Virus record (IMG/VR): IMGVR_UViG_3300018080_000170
Span: 6,394 to 70,393 of that record
Length of the DNA: 64,000 nt
Source: a virus
Direction: 5' to 3' (one strand)
Under the pieces are notes generated by a model. That model was not told where the DNA came from. It did not search any database and worked only from the letters and a program-made list of their open reading frames with translations. The translations under genes were made by a program, and so were the position numbers. This document shows, piece after piece, positions 56,812 to 64,000 of this stretch; the stretch's first letter is position 1, and each line of letters starts with the position of its first letter.

Positions 56812-59800
56812 TGGCAATTAGACTTGAGCCAGGACAGAGCTCGGAATTAGTTGAGAATAATGTTATTTCTCAAATGCAGGGCAGTCTTGATACGGCTATC
56901 TTTATTGATGGAGATGAGGCCGTTCGCTTATATAATTTTGATAAGCGAATGAGATTGTCGCTAGGCGATTTGGAGCTTTATAGATCTGAGCCTGGCGATT
57001 CTGTTCGTATTAAAGTAGAGAATCTTTCAACTGCTGGAGATAGTTCGGCGAGTGCTCTTTTCTATACTCATGCAACTTCTGGCAGTGCATATGCTGGTCA
57101 TACTTTAAGGGTAGGCTCTCATTATTTTACTGTTGGTTTAAATACAAGCGGTAATTTGTTATTTAATAATGGCAATGGAATTGCGACAACTAATGTTTTA
57201 ACCTTATATAATAGTAATGATGTTGGTATTTTAAATGGGTCTTTGCTTACTGCTCAACCTGTATCTGATGAGCCTACTCATATCTTAAGAAACGATGGAT
57301 CAGCTGAAGATATTTATATGCTTGTTGGAACGACCGATGTGCTAACTATTCCTGTTGATGCTCCTAGAACATCTCTATATTTTAAGGCCGATACTGCAAA
57401 TATTTACGTTAAGCAAGATGACGGAAGCACGACGAATTGGCTCCCCGTTGGAGCTGGAGGTGGCGAGGGAGAGGCCGGTCTTGAACAGATGCTCAATGAA
57501 AACGATATGGAGGAAATTGCTTATACATCATTTACTCCATTTGATCCAGTTAATCATCCAAGTCTTGTTAATGAATCAGCATCACAAAATTCAGAAGATA
57601 ATGTAGCCACTAGCCAAAGAGATTTTACTGAAAAAGGTGAAATTCATACCTATGAAGGCCGAGTTCTTCCTCAAAATGCATGGGCTGCTTCTGGTGGCGA
57701 TTGGGTTGAAGCTTTAACGGGCGGAGCCGGAGCAGCTGTAGCAAGTGGAATTTTAACAATTACAGTTCCGGGCGCTGCTGATACAGGATATTATACTAAA
57801 GGTCATCGTGCGGAAATTGATAATACGGCCGATGTTGAGCTTGAATGGAGAATGAGAGTCACTTCTTCTACGTTAGATGCAACAGGTGATTTAAATTGCC
57901 GTATTACAGGTAATAAAATGTTTAGGTTACAATACATTGATGTAGCCGGAACAAAGAAAATTAGAATAGATGATAATGCTGGTTCAGCCGTAAATGATAT
58001 TGATGGCAATGCTGCTGAGGTTAATTTAAATTGGGATCAATGGCATACTTATCGGTTGCAGAAAATTAGTCAAGATAGGGTTCAAGTTTTTGTAGATGGG
58101 ATTTTACAATTTACTGTTCCATATGCCAATCTTCCTACAACTGGAAGTTCTGTTCAAATTATTTTTGGTCATACTTCGACTGGAACGACCTCGACTTCAG
58201 AATGGGATTTTGTTAATTATCGCGCTTACATGTCTACGATGCAGACAAAGGTTATTAGTAGGCGCGGGACTTGGGCTTGGGAAGGAACAGTTGCTCCAGA
58301 AGCTAGTAATGAGCCTATTCAAGATGATCCAAGTGATTATTATTTAGAAGATTTATTTCAACAGTGGTCGAAGAACGGTGGGGATACCGTAACATTTCCT
58401 AATGGACAAACTACGCCAGATGCGTTTGGTAGATTTAGTGCAGCTGGAGTAATGATCAATTATGGAATTGTTACTACTCGGTTTGCACAAGGTCACGTGG
58501 CAATTGAAACTCGTTTCCGTCCAATATCAGTTAATGTTGGAACAGATATGAGTGTGGTTAGAATTTTAGGTGCTAGAAAATCAGCATATGTTTCGTTGTG
58601 GAATAACGGTGGTAATCTTTCATTGAGACTTACGAATAGTGGAAGTTCAATTGCAAGTTCTCCAACAGTTCCGATTACACTTGGTGAATGGTATACAATT
58701 AGGTTGGAAAGAGATAGATATAATTCATTCAAGTGGTATCTAAACGGAGTGCTTCAAGACGAGCAGGATTATGACATTTTTACTGATGCCGGGACAGATA
58801 CGGCAAGTATTTTATTTGGTCACGGTGGATCAGTAACAGCTGTACTTGATGCTCAATATATTCGTGTTGCTCACTCAAATGACACTCCTTACATGGCAAG
58901 ATCTCCAATTAGCGAGGTTGTTGGTTTCGCTGTTCACAACGACGATGAGGCTAGTTATATTATTTCATCAGATGGAGGTCGTCATTGGACGGAGCCAGTA
59001 TATATTGGCTCCGATAAGTATGGTGAAGAAATTCAAGGTCTAGGAGATGATGATAGAATTGGCGGCGATTTAGTTGTTCGATATCGACAGGCCAATCAAT
59101 ATGTTGACACAAGCTCATTAGATAAGTTTGCCGTTCTTTATAATAAGATTGATAATGCCGATGAGGAGCCAACCGGCGGTCGTTATTCATTTGGCCCAGT
59201 TGTGGGGGGAGATTTAAACGCTGATGGTAGCTTAGATCTTGATCATAATTTAAATGCGGCTGTTAATAGTATTGAACTTGAAGTATATGCAGGAGCAGCT
59301 CGTATTCATCCTGATATTGACTATGATGAGATCACACCTCAGACGATTAAGATTCTTTCAGGTGTTGTTGGAGCTACATATCATATTTATAAAAAGCCTG
59401 CCGGTCAAATTGCACGTGAAGTAGGACTTGATGGGAGAACTGTTCTTTCAATTGGAGATGGCGTAAATTCAGTCGGCGATTTTATTGGTAATACAGAGCA
59501 AGTTTTCATTGATGCAATTAATGCCGCCATTCTTGCAGGCGGAGCGGTTGAAAGAAAAATTTTTGTTGGAGCCGGGGTGTTTAATTTTGCTGCAACTGTT
59601 AATTTAAACATTGCTGGGATTGAAATTGAAGGTTCGGGTTGGAATACTGAAATTATTGGGCCCGGAAAAGCAAGCGGAATTGACGCATTTACTTTGTCAG
59701 CAGCGGAGATTGGATTGAGTAAAATGCGTATTCGAAATTTTCAAGATGGAATTCAACTTAGCAGTGGTGCCGATAGATGTCAGGTTGATTGTAGAGTTAC

Positions 59801-59942
59801 GGCCAATGATGAAGGAATTGTAATTGATTCTGGAGCCGATGAAAATATAATTAATGGTTTTGTTCATGATAACGATACAAATGGCGTTGTTGATAATGGG
59901 AATGATAACATTATTGCTGCGCTTGTAATAAGGAATCCATAA
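56811..59942 (+). CDS. Multi-domain tail spike/receptor-binding protein (two LamG-like domains, C-terminal beta-helix)
   Basis: WHTYRL...VFVDG and WYTIRL...WYLNG; C-terminal GDF.G...AIN...G beta-helix. Confidence 0.65.
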   Translation: MAIRLEPGQSSELVENNVISQMQGSLDTAIFIDGDEAVRLYNFDKRMRLSLGDLELYRSEPGDSVRIKVENLSTAGDSSASALFYTHATSGSAYAGHTLRVGSHYFTVGLNTSGNLLFNNGNGIATTNVLTLYNSNDVGILNGSLLTAQPVSDEPTHILRNDGSAEDIYMLVGTTDVLTIPVDAPRTSLYFKADTANIYVKQDDGSTTNWLPVGAGGGEGEAGLEQMLNENDMEEIAYTSFTPFDPVNHPSLVNESASQNSEDNVATSQRDFTEKGEIHTYEGRVLPQNAWAASGGDWVEALTGGAGAAVASGILTITVPGAADTGYYTKGHRAEIDNTADVELEWRMRVTSSTLDATGDLNCRITGNKMFRLQYIDVAGTKKIRIDDNAGSAVNDIDGNAAEVNLNWDQWHTYRLQKISQDRVQVFVDGILQFTVPYANLPTTGSSVQIIFGHTSTGTTSTSEWDFVNYRAYMSTMQTKVISRRGTWAWEGTVAPEASNEPIQDDPSDYYLEDLFQQWSKNGGDTVTFPNGQTTPDAFGRFSAAGVMINYGIVTTRFAQGHVAIETRFRPISVNVGTDMSVVRILGARKSAYVSLWNNGGNLSLRLTNSGSSIASSPTVPITLGEWYTIRLERDRYNSFKWYLNGVLQDEQDYDIFTDAGTDTASILFGHGGSVTAVLDAQYIRVAHSNDTPYMARSPISEVVGFAVHNDDEASYIISSDGGRHWTEPVYIGSDKYGEEIQGLGDDDRIGGDLVVRYRQANQYVDTSSLDKFAVLYNKIDNADEEPTGGRYSFGPVVGGDLNADGSLDLDHNLNAAVNSIELEVYAGAARIHPDIDYDEITPQTIKILSGVVGATYHIYKKPAGQIAREVGLDGRTVLSIGDGVNSVGDFIGNTEQVFIDAINAAILAGGAVERKIFVGAGVFNFAATVNLNIAGIEIEGSGWNTEIIGPGKASGIDAFTLSAAEIGLSKMRIRNFQDGIQLSSGADRCQVDCRVTANDEGIVIDSGADENIINGFVHDNDTNGVVDNGNDNIIAALVIRNP

Positions 59943-60490
59943 TGGCAAATATTGTTAAAACCGGATTACGCGGAAGTGTCTTTACACAGGAAGATGGAAT
60001 CATTACTATTAATAAAATGGCCCGGATGGGAAGCGGGAGTCAGGTAGCTGGCGTTGGCGAAATAGCGGTAAGTCCTAGTTGCGGTACATGGTCGACAAAT
60101 TCGTTTACTCATCAAGATGTGACTAACTTGTGGGTTACAATTACGACAACTGGAAATCCTGTAGATGTTTATCTAGTAGGAGATGATACGGGGAATCGTG
60201 AAACTTTTATAGAAATTTTAGATGAGAGTACCAGTAGTTATCCTACCAGAGGCGAGTTTAGAATAGTGCGCGATTCTACAGTCATTTCAGCTTTTGAGCC
60301 AAGAATATCCGCAGGAGATGATCCATGGGGCGCTTTGAAAGTGGGAGATAGTGTTACCTCTATTCAGACTACTGATAGAGTTGCGGCGGGGACTTATACG
60401 TATAAAATTCAAGCTAGGAGTTCTTCGAGCGCCACCGATTACTATGCAAAAATTTTTAGAGCGCAGTTGATTGCGGTCGAAAGAAGATAA
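59942..60490 (+). CDS. Fibre-tip-like beta-sandwich protein
   Basis: ITTTG.PV...AAGTYTYKIQ pattern. Confidence 0.55.
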   Translation: MANIVKTGLRGSVFTQEDGIITINKMARMGSGSQVAGVGEIAVSPSCGTWSTNSFTHQDVTNLWVTITTTGNPVDVYLVGDDTGNRETFIEILDESTSSYPTRGEFRIVRDSTVISAFEPRISAGDDPWGALKVGDSVTSIQTTDRVAAGTYTYKIQARSSSSATDYYAKIFRAQLIAVERR

Positions 60491-60518
60491 TTTAATTACA
60501 AATAAAAGGAGACGACAA

Positions 60519-60827
60519 ATGGGTCAACAGATTTCTTTCAACGATAAGTTTGGGAACACTTGTTCTACGGCTTATATCAAAATTATGAGTATTGAAGTTC
60601 ATTGTCCGCTAGTTGGCGATCTTCAGTATAGAGTTCTGGCGTCAGTTTTTAAAGATAAAGATGCACGAGATGGATCAAAGGCCGGCGTTTCGTCGGTGGT
60701 CATGAATGTGTCCTCGGCTTCAGAAAAAACGAGAGCGAATCTTTATTCAGATCTTAAGTCTGCGCTCGTAAGCCAAGGCGTTGTCGCCTCTGCTGACGAC
60801 GTTACCGACGTTGATCCGGACGAGTAA
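60519..60827 (+). CDS. Small tail-associated protein or chaperone
   Basis: AAGGAG RBS; AYIKI...AR...LY..LK pattern. Confidence 0.5.
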   Translation: MGQQISFNDKFGNTCSTAYIKIMSIEVHCPLVGDLQYRVLASVFKDKDARDGSKAGVSSVVMNVSSASEKTRANLYSDLKSALVSQGVVASADDVTDVDPDE

Positions 60828-60846
60828 AAATAAAAAGGAATAAATT

Positions 60847-61383
60847 ATGCCTCCTACAAGAAGTAGAGTCCCAGGTCTTCATTCGGAAGCTCTGCCAGTT
60901 GGGACAGTAATTGACTGGTATCGTAAAGATGCCGGCACACCTATCCCTGAAGGCTGGCAATGGTGTGATGGTGGGCTTATTAGTGACTCTCGTTCAGATC
61001 TTGATGGAATTAATACACCTGATCTTAGAGATAAATTTGTAAGAGGTAAAACAGATACTACAGCCGGAACGTCTTCTGGCGGATCTGACACTAAGAATAT
61101 AAGTCATACTCATGGTCCAGGAACATTAAAATTTCAAATATGTGGACATTCTGGTGGCGTCCCGTCTTTCTTTAATTCTGCCGGGACTGAAGTTTATCCT
61201 TTAGGTTGGTCAAATGCGGAATATGGAGCTCATCATACTGATATTAAGCGAAACATTTATCTTAATGAAAATTTATATACGAGAGTTGCTGGAGCCACCG
61301 GATTAACCGCAAGTGGAGGTTCAAGCTCTCAAGATATTATTCCGGCTTATGTTGGCCTTATTAAACTAATAAAAATATTCTAA
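60847..61383 (+). CDS. Tail-collar domain protein
   Basis: PVGTVI.W...P.GW..CDG...TPDLRDKF.RG. Confidence 0.8.
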   Translation: MPPTRSRVPGLHSEALPVGTVIDWYRKDAGTPIPEGWQWCDGGLISDSRSDLDGINTPDLRDKFVRGKTDTTAGTSSGGSDTKNISHTHGPGTLKFQICGHSGGVPSFFNSAGTEVYPLGWSNAEYGAHHTDIKRNIYLNENLYTRVAGATGLTASGGSSSQDIIPAYVGLIKLIKIF

Positions 61384-61393
61384 GGAGTAATAA

Positions 61394-62080
61394 ATGTCAG
61401 GTGGAGCTTTTAAAAAGCGAGCAGGTCGAGCATCGGCGCGAAGGAGTCCCTCGGCAAAAGAGCCAAGTGACTTTGATGTAAACGCGTCTGTGCTTGCAAT
61501 GATTCCTCCAATTGGGGCTATTATAGATTATTATCGAACAGATGCGACAATTGACCTGCCTGACAATTGGCAAGTATGCGACGGAAACCCAATTTCAGAT
61601 AGTCGCTCTCCTATGGTCGGAGATAATACGCCCGATTTAAGAGGGAAATTTAGTCGCGGAAAAGAAGATATGTCCGCAATGGGAAGCGATAGTGCAGGAG
61701 CTGATTCTATTAATCTTCCGCATACTCATACTACTAATAATCATACTCATAATGGTCCTAATCATAAGCATATATCGTTTTTTGCAGATGATAGTTTCTC
61801 GCCTTCAGCGGAGCAATCTGGTGTTGAATCTTCTGAATATGGTTCTCCTGGTCCCAATAAAACCGTTCATGCTTTTAGAACATCTAATGATAATTATAAT
61901 ATATGGGTTAATCCTAGCACGACAACCGCTACTGGAAGTCCGAGACCTATATATACAAAATCGTCTGGGACCGATTCAACCGGATATCAATCAGATTCAG
62001 GAATGGATAGTGGAAATTTGAGCGGAGTTGATAATAGACCAGCTTATGTAGGTCTTATTAAGATTATGAGGATTTTTTAA
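61394..62080 (+). CDS. Tail-collar domain protein (paralog of 60847)
   Basis: PIGAII...W.VCDG...TPDLRGKF.RG; HTH repeats; PAYVGLIK end. Confidence 0.8.
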   Translation: MSGGAFKKRAGRASARRSPSAKEPSDFDVNASVLAMIPPIGAIIDYYRTDATIDLPDNWQVCDGNPISDSRSPMVGDNTPDLRGKFSRGKEDMSAMGSDSAGADSINLPHTHTTNNHTHNGPNHKHISFFADDSFSPSAEQSGVESSEYGSPGPNKTVHAFRTSNDNYNIWVNPSTTTATGSPRPIYTKSSGTDSTGYQSDSGMDSGNLSGVDNRPAYVGLIKIMRIF

Positions 62081-62115
62081 TAAAGATTCCCCCTATTCAC
62101 TTAGTGGTAGGGTTT

Positions 62116-62139
62116 AGGCCGCCTTCGGGCGGCCTTTTT
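62116..62139 (+). terminator. Intrinsic terminator between convergent units
   Basis: AGGCCGCC-TTCG-GGCGGCCT followed by TTTT. Confidence 0.9.
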
Positions 62140-62140
62140 G

Positions 62141-63610
62141 TTATATAAACTCGATAGGGGCTTTGTATTCTTGATAGATAGCTTGACGGTGGCGGGCTTG
62201 ATTTTCAAAGATATAGTTGCCTTTATCGGCGCAGTCAATAATGATAGCGAAGTCTTTGTTGGGCGAAATTCTTAAAACTCTACCTATTTTCTGAATTATG
62301 GAGCTTTTAGCTTTTCCGGCTCCAGCAATAAACAAAACATCTGCCCTCCAAGTGTCAACACCTTCTCCAATAACGGAAGTACCGCTTAGAATATCAATTT
62401 CTTTATTATTGAATTTGTAGATAGCTTTCATATTGGACTTAGTTATAGAACTAATGAATTTATAGTTTGCCCCTTCAAGAAGCTTACCAATAAGCTTTCC
62501 ATGCTTAATCTCATCTACTAAGATTAGAACCGATTTGCCTGCGTCGGCCATCTTTATGGCTCTATTGGCAATCATTTGGTTGCGTATTTGATTCTCAACG
62601 ATACGTGTACGGTAGGCTGTTTTATAGGGCATCTTGTTGAAATGAGGTTGGACTTTATTGTTGAGAATATAGAAGATAGGTTTGGCAAGAAATCCATCCT
62701 TGATGCCTTGAAGAGCCGAATAGCGATAGCCAATGCTATCTGTGACACCTAAAAGAGCTAGATCGGCTCCGTCATTACGAAACACAGTACCAGAAAAACA
62801 AAAACGATGATAAATGGAATTGAATTTGTTCTTATTCAACTCCTGATATGTTTCAGCAGCACTGTGGTGAACCTCATCGATGATTAGACATCCGATTCTC
62901 TTGAACCAGCTATCGTCTAGGTTAGGCAAGCTCATGACACATGCGACAGTGATATCTTTGTTAAGATCTTTTCTATTATCTCCTATAGTTCCAACGTGCT
63001 TTCCACCGAACTTGAGAGCCAGGGTCTCCGCTGTTTGCACAACAATGTTGTTAGTAGGACATATGATTAGCGTTGGCACCCCGAGACGCTTAGTTACCTC
63101 GGTAATCATACGCGTTTTCCCCGTACCGGTGGCAGCTTCTATGGTTTCTCTACCTTTGGCTACGCATAAATCAATGGCCTCGGTTTGATAGTAGCGAAGA
63201 GGAAGTTCCTTGATCTTGTCACGGAGATAGAGACATTTCTTTGGTTTCTTCCGTTTGTCAGAAGTGGAGTATGGGATTTTGCTGGCTTCCAAATACTTCT
63301 TGACCATAGTCAATAGGCCCGTTGGAAACGAACCATCTTTAACATTGAATAGCTTAACAATAAGCTTATGCTTAAGGAAACGCTCGGCTCTCAGCTTTTC
63401 CTTGATCTTCTTATCGTACGCATCTATCTGAGCGTCTACCTCGCATCTCGTACGTTTTACATACAGATACTTTATCTGCTTTTCTACCTGTTTAAGGCTA
63501 TACTCAATAGATAGGTTCTTATAGGAGAGCTTAATGCTGAGCTCGTTCTCAGCTTTACCGCTCAGACCCGTTATATTAGAGTAGCTATTATTCACAGTTA
63601 TCTTGACCAT
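62141..63610 (-). CDS. SF2 DExH helicase (UvsW/ResIII-like)
   Basis: LRYYQ, ATGTGKT, DEVHH, SGT, EGVD and QKIGRVLR motifs. Confidence 0.9.
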   Translation of the reverse strand: MVKITVNNSYSNITGLSGKAENELSIKLSYKNLSIEYSLKQVEKQIKYLYVKRTRCEVDAQIDAYDKKIKEKLRAERFLKHKLIVKLFNVKDGSFPTGLLTMVKKYLEASKIPYSTSDKRKKPKKCLYLRDKIKELPLRYYQTEAIDLCVAKGRETIEAATGTGKTRMITEVTKRLGVPTLIICPTNNIVVQTAETLALKFGGKHVGTIGDNRKDLNKDITVACVMSLPNLDDSWFKRIGCLIIDEVHHSAAETYQELNKNKFNSIYHRFCFSGTVFRNDGADLALLGVTDSIGYRYSALQGIKDGFLAKPIFYILNNKVQPHFNKMPYKTAYRTRIVENQIRNQMIANRAIKMADAGKSVLILVDEIKHGKLIGKLLEGANYKFISSITKSNMKAIYKFNNKEIDILSGTSVIGEGVDTWRADVLFIAGAGKAKSSIIQKIGRVLRISPNKDFAIIIDCADKGNYIFENQARHRQAIYQEYKAPIEFI

Positions 63611-63616
63611 ATAGCC

Positions 63617-63679
63617 ATTATACATCAATGAAAAAAATTTAAAAAAAGTTAGTGGCCCAACTTAACTACATTGTATAAT
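63617..63679. promoter_or_regulatory. Back-to-back TGTATAAT boxes (divergent promoters)
   Basis: TATAAT on the - strand at 63622-63617 and on the + strand at 63674-63679. Confidence 0.45.
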
Positions 63680-64000
63680 GCTACTGAGGGTAGGTTGAGA
63701 GAGCCTATAATATATTAGAGTTGAGGGGTGAGAAAAGTGAAGGATTCTGTGATTATATGAGAATACAACGATATATTTAAGAAAAAGTAGAAATAGAAGT
63801 GTATTTATAGAGATATACAGAATCATTAAAGAAAATATGTATATGAAAAAGTCCAATGATTATGTGGAGCTATGATCTAAGAGAGATGAAATCATAGCTC
63901 CTTTTTTGTGGCCGGAAAACGTGAATGATTATACAGTGATAGAAGTAATGATTTCATAGGTCTGTAAATATACATAATCATTGGCGAAAAAAAAGTGTAA

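Noticed and set aside
500-62021. Many short minus-strand and alternate-frame ORFs in the track
   Set aside because: They are shadows of long + strand genes, with no RBS or recognisable motifs.
1-64000. Stop-codon reassignment (amber recoding), suggested by the CTA-loop RNA
   Set aside because: Structural genes are long and uninterrupted in the standard code, and TAG ends several tightly packed genes.
1-64000. CRISPR array, integrase, transposase, intron or intein
   Set aside because: No regularly spaced repeats or diagnostic motifs were seen.

Overview
The window is 64 kb of a large, AT-rich dsDNA phage with a contractile tail and an SPO1/Twort (Herelleviridae)-like virion gene order. Almost everything lies on the + strand. 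In order: (1) the end of a DUF5661-type protein, a scaffold and the major capsid protein (1-2665); (2) about 13 kb of small accessory genes, including a HAD phosphatase, an MbcA/ParS-type antitoxin domain, a C39-like peptidase, tRNA-Asn, PRPP synthetase, a metallophosphoesterase, lipoproteins and a metzincin protease; (3) a cluster of beta-rich decoration/fibre-like proteins with a holin-like gene and an M15 endolysin (15.6-23.7 kb); (4) neck, sheath, tube, chaperones, tape measure and baseplate (23.9-45.5 kb); (5) a fibre region with a 3155-aa repeat-built fibre (45.5-62.1 kb); (6) a convergent SF2 helicase. The least explained signals are four GC-rich structured intergenic RNA candidates in the accessory region, two of which are covarying copies of one three-way-junction motif, and a network of shared domains and N-terminal peptides linking about 11 virion-appendage proteins in two distant clusters. 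All family assignments come from motif recognition and synteny by eye; no searches were run.
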